NCBI GenBank assembly: GCA_017997155.1
Contig: JAGOFO010000008.1
Location: 1 to 34,685 of the forward strand
Source of the DNA: Myxococcota bacterium
Lineage (GTDB): Bacteria > Myxococcota_A > UBA9042 > DTJE01
Length of the DNA: 34,685 nt
Direction: 5' to 3'
The translations under genes and the position numbers were made by a program. The first letter of the stretch is position 1, and every line of letters starts with the position of its first letter. The notes beneath the pieces were generated by a model, which was given only the letters and a program-made list of their open reading frames with translations, did not search any database and was not told the DNA's origin. Below are positions 7,364-17,291 of this stretch, in pieces.

Positions 7364-8865
7364 CCAGGATTCAGGAGCGGCTTCTGAAAGATATGGGTGT
7401 CATCGCGATTCACGGTGACGTCGCATCGGTCCACATCGACAGGGTCAGCTGTGATTCCAGGACCGCCGGACCCGGGTGCGCCTGGGTGGCGATTCCCGGA
7501 ACCAGGGTCGACGGCCACACGTTCATCAACAGTGCGGTTGCCGCGGGAGCGTCGCTGATCGTCTGCGAGCGGATGCCGGAATCCTCGAGCCTTCAGACGC
7601 CGCCGTTTGTGGTCGTTGAGGACTCGCGCGTGGCTCTGGCATTCCTGGCCTCGGCCGTCAACGGTGATCCGACGGGCTCGATCGACCTGTTCGCGGCCGT
7701 TGGAACAGATGGAAAAAGCTCGACAACCATGATCGTGGAGGCGGGACTTCAGGGGTGCGGGCTTGCCGCCGGTCTCCTTGGCACGCTCGTTTACCGCTAT
7801 CCCGGTCGGACGCTCGAGTCGTCGTTGACCACTCCCGACCCGGTAACCCTCCAGGAGTTCTTCAGGGACATGCTGGCCGCCGGGATTCGGCATGCCGTGA
7901 TGGAGGTGTCCTCGCACGCGATTCATCAGCGTCGTGTAGAGTCGTGCCTGTTCAAGTCCGCGGTCTTCACCAACCTGACACGGGACCATCTCGACTATCA
8001 CGGCACGATCGAGGCATACCGCGAGGCGAAGGTCCGATTCTTCACCGAGGTTCTTCCCCGGAATCCATCGGCCACCGGCGTTGTAGTCAACGACGACGAC
8101 CAGGTGGCTGACGAGATTAGAAGGCGCTGCCCGCTGAAGGTGATCGGCTGGACCATGCAGGGCAGGGAGTCATCCGAGGTCCGCCTGATCGATGTCGACT
8201 ATTCGTTGGACGGGACACGCTTCTCGTTCCAGACCCCCTGGGGACTGATCAAAATCGAGTCTCCTCTCATTGGTCGACACAACGTGGCCAACATCATGTC
8301 GGCCGTGTCGCTGGCAGGGCTGAACGGCCTCGATCTGAAGGCGTTCGTGGCGGGCGTGCAGAGCCTGGCTGTTATCCCCGGTCGTCTCGAACGGGTCAAG
8401 TCATCCAGCGGCATCCGTGTTTTCGTGGACTACGCGCACACTCCGAAGGCCATCGAAAGCGTCCTCGCAATCCTGCGTCCCATGGTCAAGGACGGCGATC
8501 TTCACATCGTTTTTGGCGCCGGCGGGGATCGCGATTCGGGCAAGAGGCCACTCATGGGACGGGCAGCCGTGATCGGGGCCCGGTACGCGACCATCTGTAG
8601 TGACAACCCGAGATCAGAACCGGAAGAGTCAATTCTTGAAGCTATTGTTTCCGGTGTACGCGAGGCGGAACAGGAAGGTGTGGCCAGGGCGTCCTGGCAG
8701 GTCATCGCCGACCGTGGAACCGCGATCATGACGGCCATCAGGCAGTCCAAACCTGGAGACGTGGTGCTGATCGCCGGCAAGGGTCATGAGCAAGTGCAAA
8801 AGTTCAAGGATCACACGGTGCATTTCAGTGATGTCGAGGTCGCTTCGGAGGCACTGGGAGAATGA
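7360..8865 (+). CDS. murE: UDP-MurNAc-L-Ala-D-Glu:meso-diaminopimelate ligase MurE
   Basis: 501-aa Mur ligase with P-loop GTDGKSST and the DNPRSE motif typical of DAP-adding MurE. ATGA overlap with ftsI. Confidence 0.92.
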   Translation: MTRIQERLLKDMGVIAIHGDVASVHIDRVSCDSRTAGPGCAWVAIPGTRVDGHTFINSAVAAGASLIVCERMPESSSLQTPPFVVVEDSRVALAFLASAVNGDPTGSIDLFAAVGTDGKSSTTMIVEAGLQGCGLAAGLLGTLVYRYPGRTLESSLTTPDPVTLQEFFRDMLAAGIRHAVMEVSSHAIHQRRVESCLFKSAVFTNLTRDHLDYHGTIEAYREAKVRFFTEVLPRNPSATGVVVNDDDQVADEIRRRCPLKVIGWTMQGRESSEVRLIDVDYSLDGTRFSFQTPWGLIKIESPLIGRHNVANIMSAVSLAGLNGLDLKAFVAGVQSLAVIPGRLERVKSSSGIRVFVDYAHTPKAIESVLAILRPMVKDGDLHIVFGAGGDRDSGKRPLMGRAAVIGARYATICSDNPRSEPEESILEAIVSGVREAEQEGVARASWQVIADRGTAIMTAIRQSKPGDVVLIAGKGHEQVQKFKDHTVHFSDVEVASEALGE

Positions 8866-10310
8866 CGCGGACGTCGAAATACGAGCTCTCGGGCGAAGGC
8901 ATCGCCGAGTTCACCGGGGGAACCCTGCTGTGCGGCGCGGGGCTCTATGCAACCACCGGCGCATCGATAGACACCCGGACCATGGTCCAGGGCCAGGTCT
9001 ACTTCGCAATACGTGGACCTCGTTTTGACGGACATGATTTCGTCGAAAGCGCCTGCGAGAAGGGCGCCGCGGGCGTTGTTGTCTCAAGCTCCGCGGTCAA
9101 TTCCGACGCGGTTCGAAGGGTGATCGCTTCGGGACGCTGTTTCGTGGTCGAGGTGTCCGACACCACCGAGGCGCTGATCTCCTCGGCCAGGAGCTGGCTT
9201 TCGATCCTGTCGCCGCGCGTGATCGCCATAACCGGTTCGATAGGCAAGACGACTACAACCGCGCTTACGTTCGCCGCTGTGTCTTCAACGTTCGTTACCC
9301 ATGTGACTTCGGGAAACTACAACAACCGCCTCGGGGTGGCCTTGACCTGCCTGGGCCTTCGGCCGCGGCACGAGGTTCTGGTCGTGGAGATGGGCATGAA
9401 CGCACCCGGCGAAATCGCCGAGCTGTGCACCATCGCCCCTCCGGATGTGGCCATTGTCACAACGGTTGCACCGGTTCACCTGGAAGGCCTGAAGACGATC
9501 GAGGGCGTTGCGGCGGCCAAGGCGGAACTGGTCGACGCGCTTGACGAAGACGGTGTCGCCATTCTGAACACCGATGACCCGCTCGTGGCCGCGATGGCTT
9601 CGCGCAGCCGCGGAAAGGTCGCATGGTTCGGTCGGGATCCGCGCTCCGAAGTCCGCGTCCTTGACGTCGGATGTGCCAGCGATGGCGCCACGATAGTGAA
9701 GTATGGAATTGATGGCGTCGTCCGGACGGTCCGGCTCAAGCTGGTTGGAGTGCACAATGCGATGAACGCGGCCGCCGCCATCCAGGCCGCCATTCAAGTC
9801 GGAGTGGATCCGGAGATCGCATGCCAGTCACTTGGCGGTGTCGAGCCGGGTCGCCATCGCATGCAGCTTTGTGACCTTGGAACCATCCGGATGATCGACG
9901 ACTGCTACAACGCTTCGCCGCGCTCCATGCTGGCCGCGCTCGACGCGCTTGTGATGTTGTCCGCGTCACGCAGGAAGGTCGCCGTGCTTGGCGACATGCT
10001 GGAGATGGGAGAGCAGACCGAGCAGGTTCATCGCGAGATTGGCCGAGCCGTTGCCGAACGCGGTGTCGCGTTGTTCATAGCGGTTGGTCGCAACGCGGCC
10101 GTTCTGGCCGAATCCGCGATATCGGCCGGGATGGATCCCGCGCGGGTGTTCGAGGCTCAGGACTCGCTCGCGGCAGCCGCGCTCGCCCGCGAGATGCTTG
10201 TTCCCCGGGATGTCGTCCTGGTCAAGGCGTCACGCGGGGTCGGTCTGGAACTGGTCACCGATGCGATCCGTGCTCGATTCGAATCCCGGGATGTGGAGGT
10301 CGGCAACTGA
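8862..10310 (+). CDS. murF: UDP-MurNAc-tripeptide:D-Ala-D-Ala ligase MurF
   Basis: 482-aa Mur ligase with P-loop TGSIGKTTT. ATGA overlap with murE; position after murE. Confidence 0.9.
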   Translation: MTRTSKYELSGEGIAEFTGGTLLCGAGLYATTGASIDTRTMVQGQVYFAIRGPRFDGHDFVESACEKGAAGVVVSSSAVNSDAVRRVIASGRCFVVEVSDTTEALISSARSWLSILSPRVIAITGSIGKTTTTALTFAAVSSTFVTHVTSGNYNNRLGVALTCLGLRPRHEVLVVEMGMNAPGEIAELCTIAPPDVAIVTTVAPVHLEGLKTIEGVAAAKAELVDALDEDGVAILNTDDPLVAAMASRSRGKVAWFGRDPRSEVRVLDVGCASDGATIVKYGIDGVVRTVRLKLVGVHNAMNAAAAIQAAIQVGVDPEIACQSLGGVEPGRHRMQLCDLGTIRMIDDCYNASPRSMLAALDALVMLSASRRKVAVLGDMLEMGEQTEQVHREIGRAVAERGVALFIAVGRNAAVLAESAISAGMDPARVFEAQDSLAAAALAREMLVPRDVVLVKASRGVGLELVTDAIRARFESRDVEVGN

Positions 10311-11632
10311 TGGCAGCGGGAGTCACGACGAAGTCGATGGTCGGTACGGACCGTAGCGGCGCTGAAAGCGAATCCGCCCGTGTCGTCCTGGCCGACTCCC
10401 CCGACGTGACGCTGTTCAAGGGCCGTTGGGACATCACGCTGCTGGCTGCCGTGCTGGCACTTTCTGTCGTGGGGCTTCTGTTGATTCTGTCGGTGACCAT
10501 GCATGCCGCCTATGACCTGTCGGCCACCGAGCGTCTGAGCGAGTTCAAGACGCAACTCATGGCGACCGGAATCGGGATCGCCATGATGTTCGTGATGCGT
10601 CACTTCAATCTGCGCCTGCTGTGGCGGCTCTCGATAGCCGCTCTGGTGGGCCTTTTCATCATTCTGGTTCTGATGAAGGTGGGGCTCCTTGGCAAGGGGC
10701 ACGGCGGCTCGAACCGCTGGCTCTTTGTCTTTGGCGTGTCGATTCAGCCGTCGGAGTTCGCGAAAGTGGCCTGGGCGATATTCCTGGCCGGGTTCCTGAT
10801 CAAGGCAGAGGATGTCGGCGCAAGCTGGAAGATGCTGCTGGTGACGGTCGCGCTGGCGGCGCCCTTCCTGGGTGTACTGGTGCTGATGCGCGACGTCGGC
10901 TCCGCCGTTATCATGGGCGCCACGATGTTCGTCATGCTTCTGGTCGTCGGAATCAACTGGAAGCAGGCTCTAACCCTTTTTGGCCTTGGAGTTGCCGGAC
11001 TGATCGGCGTCTTCGTATGGGACCCGGTCAAGCTGGCCCGCCTTCTTTCCTGGTTCTTCGACGACTACCTGAAGAATGGCGTCGGATTCCAGGTTGCCCG
11101 AGGCGCTCTGTCGATCCAGAGCGGTGGCTTGTCCGGAACGGGCCTCGGCAGAGGCGTCGTGCACGCCTGGAGTTCGCTGCCCGAGGCGAAGAACGACATG
11201 ATCATCTCGGTCGCGGCCGAGGAACTCGGATTCATCGGTCTGGTCGGGATCTGTCTGCTGTACGCGGTCATCGCGTGCAGGGGATTCGCGATCGCAAGGT
11301 CGTTCGAGAGCCGTTATCGAAGAAATCTGGCGTTCCTGATGACGTTCCTGATCATTCTGCCCGCGGCGATGCACATGTGCGTCAACGCTGGAATCATCCC
11401 GGCGAAGGGACTCGTGGCGCCGTATTTGTCCGCAGGTGGAACCGCGATGCTCATCAGCTGGATCTGCGTCGGCATACTTCAGCGCCTGAACATCGAGGCC
11501 ACGGCGGAGATCGTCATTTCCGAGGACTTTGTTGATGAATACCAGGCCGGACCGGCGCCGGAACCGCCCCGGGAGGAACCGGCCCCCGGACTGATCCTTG
11601 AGGACACCGTCGGACTGGAGGAAGAACGATGA
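10310..11632 (+). CDS. ftsW: SEDS-family peptidoglycan glycosyltransferase FtsW
   Basis: 440 aa, polytopic. SEDS motifs are QPSEFAKVAW and LPEAKNDMIISVAAEELGFIG, a divergent version of LPEAHTDFIFAIIGEELG with the Asp retained. 1-nt overlap with the murF stop. Confidence 0.88.
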   Translation: MAAGVTTKSMVGTDRSGAESESARVVLADSPDVTLFKGRWDITLLAAVLALSVVGLLLILSVTMHAAYDLSATERLSEFKTQLMATGIGIAMMFVMRHFNLRLLWRLSIAALVGLFIILVLMKVGLLGKGHGGSNRWLFVFGVSIQPSEFAKVAWAIFLAGFLIKAEDVGASWKMLLVTVALAAPFLGVLVLMRDVGSAVIMGATMFVMLLVVGINWKQALTLFGLGVAGLIGVFVWDPVKLARLLSWFFDDYLKNGVGFQVARGALSIQSGGLSGTGLGRGVVHAWSSLPEAKNDMIISVAAEELGFIGLVGICLLYAVIACRGFAIARSFESRYRRNLAFLMTFLIILPAAMHMCVNAGIIPAKGLVAPYLSAGGTAMLISWICVGILQRLNIEATAEIVISEDFVDEYQAGPAPEPPREEPAPGLILEDTVGLEEER

Positions 11633-12726
11633 CCAGTCGGAATCAGGACAAAAGGATCCGCGTCGCGCTGGTCGCGGCTCAGACTGGCGGCCACCTGCTT
11701 CCCGCGGTCGAGACCGCCAGGGTTCTGGTTTCCAGGGGGTGCGAGGTTACGCTGGTCAGCAGCGGAGCCGCGGTTGAGAAAACGATCCTCGCGGACGCGG
11801 GCATTCCCGTCATGACTCTGGCGGTCGGCCAGATCAAGGGGATGGGCATCGCCAGGAAACTCCGCGGACTGTTAAGCATCCCCGGCGCGCTATTTCGCGC
11901 TGCCCGGATGGTTCGCGGGCTGCGTGTGGACGCGGTCGCCGGATTCGGTGGGTACACGGCTGGCCCGTTCGTGCTCGCGGCGGCAATGACCGGCGTGCCC
12001 ACGGCCATCTACGAGGGGAACTCCAGACCCGGTCTCACGAACCGTCTGCTTGCGAAGGTGGCCAGGAAGGTGTTCGTTAACTTTGTGTCGGCGATTCCGG
12101 CGCTGGGCCGCAAGGATGCGGAGATAACCGGAAACCCGGTGCGCAAGTCGATTCTCCACATGAATCGCGCTGCCGGCGTCGGCATGAAGCGAAGGATTCT
12201 TGTTTTAGGCGGATCGCAGGGGTCAAGGTTCCTGAATGAACGCATGCCCCCGGTATTCGCCGCGATGGCCGATGTTCCCGGCGGTCTGGCAATCAGGCAC
12301 CAGTGCGGCCTGGGAAACCAGGCGTCCGTCAGCGCCTCATATCGTGAACTGGGAGTCGAGGCAGAGGTGAGCGACTACATACGGGACATGGCCGACGCCT
12401 ACTCCAGCACGGACTTCATCATCTGCCGCGCCGGGGCGGGCACGGTGTCCGAGGTGGCCGTGGCCGGCCTGCCCGCGCTTTATGTGCCCTTTGCGGCGGC
12501 CACCGATGACCATCAGGCCGCCAATGCCGCCGACATGGTTACCGCGGGCGCCGCAATGATGATTCGCGAGTCCGAATTTGACACCGGCAAGGTCGCGGGC
12601 CTCGTGACCGAGGTGCTGAGTGACCCTGTAAGGCTGTCCGCGATGTCCTCCGCGGCCCTTGCCGCCGCACGTCCGGACGCCGCGGACAGGATTGCCGAAG
12701 GAATTCTTGGAATGGTGGGGAAATGA
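11629..12726 (+). CDS. murG: Lipid II-forming UDP-GlcNAc transferase MurG
   Basis: 365 aa with motifs AAQTGGHLLPA, GGSQGSRFLN and ICRAGAGTVSE. ATGA overlap with ftsW. Confidence 0.92.
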   Translation: MTSRNQDKRIRVALVAAQTGGHLLPAVETARVLVSRGCEVTLVSSGAAVEKTILADAGIPVMTLAVGQIKGMGIARKLRGLLSIPGALFRAARMVRGLRVDAVAGFGGYTAGPFVLAAAMTGVPTAIYEGNSRPGLTNRLLAKVARKVFVNFVSAIPALGRKDAEITGNPVRKSILHMNRAAGVGMKRRILVLGGSQGSRFLNERMPPVFAAMADVPGGLAIRHQCGLGNQASVSASYRELGVEAEVSDYIRDMADAYSSTDFIICRAGAGTVSEVAVAGLPALYVPFAAATDDHQAANAADMVTAGAAMMIRESEFDTGKVAGLVTEVLSDPVRLSAMSSAALAAARPDAADRIAEGILGMVGK

Positions 12727-13676
12727 ACGGGTGGGGGCGGCTGGCCGCAACAGTGTCGTCGATTCCCGGCGTCAAAGTCCGGGAAAACGAACCGATGACG
12801 CGGCACACCACACTGCAGACAGGCGGCCCGGCCGACCTGTACATAGTCGTCGAGCACGCCAGGGCGCTTGAATCGGTGCTGGGCGTCCTGACCAGCGAGG
12901 GGTGTCCCTGGCTTATAGCGGGAGCAGGCTCAAACCTGCTGGTGATGGATGACGGGATTGAAGGTGCGGTCGTGACGCTCGGAAACGGTCTGGGCGGCCA
13001 CTCAATCGTCCCGGGTGATCTGCCCGTGGTGAAGGCCGGTGGCGCGATGGCGCTGGGCGCCCTGCTGGCGGCGGTCGAGAAGGCCGGGATGTCCGGTCTT
13101 GAATTCCTGACGGGAATCCCCGGAACGGTCGGCGGGGCGGTGGCGATGAACGCCGGAACCCGTTACGGCTACGTCGACAGCATGCTCGAGTCGGTGGATC
13201 TGGTTTCCGCCGCCGGGCCGGTCAGGGTTGAGGCTTCGGAACTTGGCCTGGGATACAGGACGTCGTCCATCCCCGCGGGAAGCATTGTCGTGTCCGCGAC
13301 GTTGCGACTCAGGACGGGGCGCTGGCCGGAGGGCGAACAGGTCGCCGCCACGCTGTCTGAGCTGCGCAGGAAAAATCATCCTCCAGCCAGCGGTACTGCC
13401 GGCTCGTTCTTCCGGAATCCCGATCCGGCCGCGAACCTGTTCGCCGGTCAGTTGATCGAGGAATGCGGACTGAAGGGTTACCGGGTGGGCGGAGCGATCG
13501 TGTCGCACAAACACGCGAATTTTTTGATGAACGGCGGAGACGCGACTGCCGCCGACCTGCTCAACCTGGCAAGGCATGTGGTCGATACCGTCCGCACGAT
13601 GAAGGGTGTGACGCTGACGCGTGAAGTAAGGCTGGTGGGCCGGGGCGCCATCGAATGGCAGGAACTGGTGCCGTAG
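12723..13676 (+). CDS. murB: UDP-N-acetylenolpyruvoylglucosamine reductase MurB
   Basis: 317 aa with motifs HTTLQTGGPAD, GAGSNLLV and GSFFRNP. ATGA overlap with murG. Confidence 0.9.
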   Translation: MNGWGRLAATVSSIPGVKVRENEPMTRHTTLQTGGPADLYIVVEHARALESVLGVLTSEGCPWLIAGAGSNLLVMDDGIEGAVVTLGNGLGGHSIVPGDLPVVKAGGAMALGALLAAVEKAGMSGLEFLTGIPGTVGGAVAMNAGTRYGYVDSMLESVDLVSAAGPVRVEASELGLGYRTSSIPAGSIVVSATLRLRTGRWPEGEQVAATLSELRRKNHPPASGTAGSFFRNPDPAANLFAGQLIEECGLKGYRVGGAIVSHKHANFLMNGGDATAADLLNLARHVVDTVRTMKGVTLTREVRLVGRGAIEWQELVP

Positions 13677-13696
13677 CACCCGCCGGGAGGGGACCG

Positions 13697-14647
13697 ATGA
13701 AGAAGAACCGCAGGAAGATGACGAAGGAAATGGTCGTCCGCGGCGTCCGCGAGTCGGTCGGAAACGCATTCAGGTTCCACTGGAAGCTGATGCTTGCCGT
13801 TGTCTGCATAGTGCTGGTGGCTGGTGGTGTGGTGGAGGCAACCAGCCTTCTGAGCCGCACTCCGCACTTCAGAATGACAGTGGTCGAGGTCTTCGGCACC
13901 CAGCGGATGGACATCGCCGAGGTCGCGGACGCCTGCGGCCTGGTTCCCGGTATGACCAACACCCTGACCGTCGACCTGGGCGTGGTTGCCGAGACCTGTT
14001 CGCTGGACCCGCGAATCGAGTCGGTGATCGTCAAGAGGATACTGCCGGATACGGTTCGGGTAACGATTCGCGAGGTTGACCCGAGGCTTCTGCTGGCGAC
14101 CGAAACCGGATACACGGTGTTCGATGGTGCCGGAAACCCCATTCCGGGGCTGTCCCCCGACTGGGAGCCCGATCTTCCGATACTCACGGGATTCGAGACC
14201 GCTCTGACGCCGGTCATTCTGCCTGATCCGCTCGACGACTCCCCGGGACGGCTTCGCGAACGCAAGGCCGAACAGGATCGCCAGAACAGGGAAAAGCTGG
14301 AGATGGTGGGACGCAGGGTTCGCGAGGCGCTCCTGCTGGTCGCTTCGATGGAGTCGGTGGATCCGTCGTGGCTTGACGAGGGCGTGCTGGTGGCGTTCCG
14401 CGGAGAGTCCGGATACGAGCTCAAGGCTCCGGGAAGGCCGACACTGGTCATGGGAAAGGACAGGTTCCCCGAGAAGCTGAATCGTCTGGGCCTGGCAATG
14501 AAGGCGGCGTCACTTCGCGGGGCGGAACTCGAAAAGGTCAGACTGAACAACGAAAAGAACCCGGACAGCATCCTGGTCAAGGTCAGGAAGAACGCTTCCG
14601 AAGACGCGGAAAGGTCGGTGTTCACGAGGAATGTTGAGATCAGGTAG
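13697..14647 (+). CDS. ftsQ: Cell division protein FtsQ (POTRA-containing)
   Basis: ATG 13697 is preceded by GGGAGGGG. Basic N-terminus, one TM (LMLAVVCIVLVAGGVV), then a POTRA-like VVEVFGTQRMDIAEVADACGL. Sits between murB and ftsA. The ORF opens at 13655 inside murB. Confidence 0.7.
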   Translation: MKKNRRKMTKEMVVRGVRESVGNAFRFHWKLMLAVVCIVLVAGGVVEATSLLSRTPHFRMTVVEVFGTQRMDIAEVADACGLVPGMTNTLTVDLGVVAETCSLDPRIESVIVKRILPDTVRVTIREVDPRLLLATETGYTVFDGAGNPIPGLSPDWEPDLPILTGFETALTPVILPDPLDDSPGRLRERKAEQDRQNREKLEMVGRRVREALLLVASMESVDPSWLDEGVLVAFRGESGYELKAPGRPTLVMGKDRFPEKLNRLGLAMKAASLRGAELEKVRLNNEKNPDSILVKVRKNASEDAERSVFTRNVEIR

Positions 14648-14671
14648 TTGAAAGGTCAGGAGGGCATCAGG

Positions 14672-15922
14672 ATGAGACGCGAAATCATTGCCGTGGCAGA
14701 CATCGGATCCGGAGAAGTGAAGATTGTCATCGCCGAAATGATGGCAGGCGAACTGAAGGTACTCGGCTGTGGTCGCGCACGCTGCGAGGGAATCGTGGCT
14801 GGGAGGGTCTCGTCCATCACCAACACCGCCGAGGCAGTCAGGCAGGCGTGCCAGGACGCCCAGGCGATGTCGGGCTGTGAACTGTCCGAGGTCATGGTTT
14901 GCTTCGGCGGCCGATACATCGGCAGCATGAACAACACCGGCTCGGTTTATCACCGTCGTCTCGCCCCCGCTTCCGTGTCGGATGTCAACACCGCCATCGA
15001 GAACGCGACACACGTGAAGATTGAGGAAGGCGCCGAGATCGTGAACGTGATTCCGCGCGGATTCTCTCTCGATGACGCGGACGGCATCCAGGATCCGGTG
15101 CGCATGACCTGCATGAACATCGAGGCGGACGTGAATCTGATCCTCTCGTCCAAGGTAATCCTTGACAACATCCAGCGGGCGGTTGAACGCGCCTCGCTGA
15201 GGGTCAGGGAATTCGTGGCCGCTCCGTACGCGTCTTCGCTGGCGGTCCTGGACGATGAAGAGAAACGCATGGGTGTGCTTCTGCTGAACATGGGCGCGGG
15301 CACGACCTCGTTGCAGGTCTGGCGGGGCGGCGCCCTGGAATGGACCGGAGTCGTGGATAACGGCGGCAACATGGTGACTACCGCCATCAACCGCAGTCTG
15401 AAGACGCCGTTCGATATCGCCGAGAAGACGAAGCTCCAGTTCGGCAGCGCGATTTGCGACGGGATCGACCAGAGCGAATGGATCGAGGTGCCGACCGTCG
15501 GCGGTCGCCAGCCGTGCAGGGTGAGTCGTCTGTCGCTCGCCGAGGTGATCATCGGACCGACCGTTCGAGAGTGGCTCGGCGGTGTCGCGGACTTCGCCGC
15601 GCAGAACGTCGACTTCAACGACCTGCACAGCGGGATCGTGATCACCGGCGGCGCGGCCAGGATGAGAGGCATGGTCGAGTTGACCGACGAGATCTTCAAT
15701 CTTCCGACCAGACTCGGTCAGCCGCACGACGTGTCGGGCCTGCAGTCGATAGTCGAAGGCGACCCCTCGATGTCGGCCGCGTGGGGCACGATTCTGTTCC
15801 GCGCCCTTTCAACCAATTCGAAGAATCGGTCTCCGATGGCGCCGCGTTCGCTTCGCGAGCCGGCCGGAAAGGGTTTCAGCTTCGGTTCGCTGCTTCGCAG
15901 TGCGATGGGGCTTTCGTGGTGA
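14672..15922 (+). CDS. ftsA: Cell division protein FtsA (actin-like ATPase)
   Basis: ATG 14672 lies 7 nt after AGGAGGG. Motifs are VADIGSGEVKIVIAE, LLNMGAGTTSLQVW and GIVITGGAARMRGM. Position before ftsZ. Confidence 0.9.
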   Translation: MRREIIAVADIGSGEVKIVIAEMMAGELKVLGCGRARCEGIVAGRVSSITNTAEAVRQACQDAQAMSGCELSEVMVCFGGRYIGSMNNTGSVYHRRLAPASVSDVNTAIENATHVKIEEGAEIVNVIPRGFSLDDADGIQDPVRMTCMNIEADVNLILSSKVILDNIQRAVERASLRVREFVAAPYASSLAVLDDEEKRMGVLLLNMGAGTTSLQVWRGGALEWTGVVDNGGNMVTTAINRSLKTPFDIAEKTKLQFGSAICDGIDQSEWIEVPTVGGRQPCRVSRLSLAEVIIGPTVREWLGGVADFAAQNVDFNDLHSGIVITGGAARMRGMVELTDEIFNLPTRLGQPHDVSGLQSIVEGDPSMSAAWGTILFRALSTNSKNRSPMAPRSLREPAGKGFSFGSLLRSAMGLSW

Positions 15923-15979
15923 TTGTTATGGGCAGCCCTGACAGGGCTTGGTGGGTATTGAATACAACGGGGTGGCATT

Positions 15980-17248
15980 ATGAGCAGGCTTGAGTTCATG
16001 GACACGGTCGAGGCATCGGTCGGTGCGAGGATAAAGGTCGTCGGCGTTGGAAGCGGCGGCGTTAACGCGGTCAACACCATGATCGCACGCGGGATCTCCG
16101 GGGTCGAGTACGTAGCGGTCAACACCGACCTTCAGCACCTCAATCAGTCCAGCGCGGACGTCAAGCTGGCCCTCACCGGATCAACGAGGGGGCAGGGCAC
16201 CGGAGGCGACCCGGTCAAGGGACGTGACGCCGCCCTTCAGCAGCGCCAGGAGATCGTCGACGCGATCAAGGGCGCCCACATGCTCGTTATTCCCACCGGT
16301 CTTGGCGGTGGAACCGGCACCGGAGCATCCCCGGTAATCGCCGAAATCGCCAGGGAGATGGACATTCTGACCGTGGCGGTCGCGACGATGCCATTCCAGT
16401 GGGACGGCTACGTCAAGCGCATGCGCGCCTACAACGGTCTGCGTGAACTGAAGGAAAAGGTCGACGCCTTCGTCACGATTCCGAACGACAAGATGATGAA
16501 GATGTCCCCTGGACGCCCTTCGCGCGAGGCGCTGCAGGCCTTTGACGGCATCCTCTGCGATGCCGTGGCCGGCGTGGTCGAGCTTGTGACCCGTCCCGGT
16601 TATATCAACCGCGACTTCCAGGACGTGCGCGCCGTGCTGCACAGGTGCGGCCAGTGTGTCATCGCCACGGGCGTCGGAGAAGGTGGCGACCGCGCGTACA
16701 ATGCCGTCATGGCGGCGTTGAACAACCCCCTGCTCGAGGACACCCCGGTCGAGGAAGCACAGAACATCCTGGTCAACATCGTTCAGGGCCCGAGCGGCAC
16801 GATGGACGAGGTCGGCGTCGTGATGAACCTGGTCAACGAGCGCCTTACGATGAACGGGAACATCAGTGGTGGAATGGCCGACGACGACTCGCTCGGCGAG
16901 AAGATCAAGGTGACGATCATCGCCTCTGGCATGCCCGAAATCGACGAGGTTCCGCCGCAGCTTCCCAGGTTCAAGAACGAGGAGTCGCCCTTGACCAGAA
17001 GCGGATCGGCCTTTCTTGAGACCGCCCCGGTTCAGTCGACTTCGGTCAGGACCCGCAGCTTTCCCGCGATAGATGCGATCGGCATCGGGAGCAGGACGAC
17101 TCAGGAAGAAGTGAACTCGGAAGGCAGGATGATGCTTGGTTCGGTCGGCGGAAGCGAGTTCGAACGTCCCAGCGTCACGAGAGTCGACAGCGGCCTGAAG
17201 GCTTTTGGCTACTACCCTGGCAACGGTAACAAGACCGACCTGCGTTGA
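15980..17248 (+). CDS. ftsZ: Cell division GTPase FtsZ
   Basis: 422 aa with IKVVGVGSGGVNAVN, NTDLQHL and the tubulin signature GLGGGTGTGASPVIAEIA, followed by a long disordered linker. Confidence 0.95.
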   Translation: MSRLEFMDTVEASVGARIKVVGVGSGGVNAVNTMIARGISGVEYVAVNTDLQHLNQSSADVKLALTGSTRGQGTGGDPVKGRDAALQQRQEIVDAIKGAHMLVIPTGLGGGTGTGASPVIAEIAREMDILTVAVATMPFQWDGYVKRMRAYNGLRELKEKVDAFVTIPNDKMMKMSPGRPSREALQAFDGILCDAVAGVVELVTRPGYINRDFQDVRAVLHRCGQCVIATGVGEGGDRAYNAVMAALNNPLLEDTPVEEAQNILVNIVQGPSGTMDEVGVVMNLVNERLTMNGNISGGMADDDSLGEKIKVTIIASGMPEIDEVPPQLPRFKNEESPLTRSGSAFLETAPVQSTSVRTRSFPAIDAIGIGSRTTQEEVNSEGRMMLGSVGGSEFERPSVTRVDSGLKAFGYYPGNGNKTDLR

Positions 17249-17291
17249 TCCGTCCCCGGAGATCGGGCCCCGACGCCCATAGGGGTCCGGC

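Noticed and set aside
13561-14625. Long antisense ORFs opposite well-supported genes. Examples: 13561-14625(-), 14510-15727(-), 6167-7015(-), 23884-24966(-), 26226-27029(+), 20224-21090(+), 32886-33947(+), 538-1635(+).
   Set aside because: They lie fully inside genes with unambiguous family motifs on the other strand or in another frame. Their translations are Arg/Pro/Ser/Gly-rich low-complexity strings typical of stop-poor shadow frames in GC-rich DNA, and none shows a recognisable motif.
17249-17291. Possible bidirectional terminator between convergent ftsZ and the dipeptidase gene.
   Set aside because: Only an imperfect 7-bp stem (GGGCCCC / GGGGTCC with a G-U pair) and a 10-nt loop can form, with no U-tract on either strand. 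Too weak to call.
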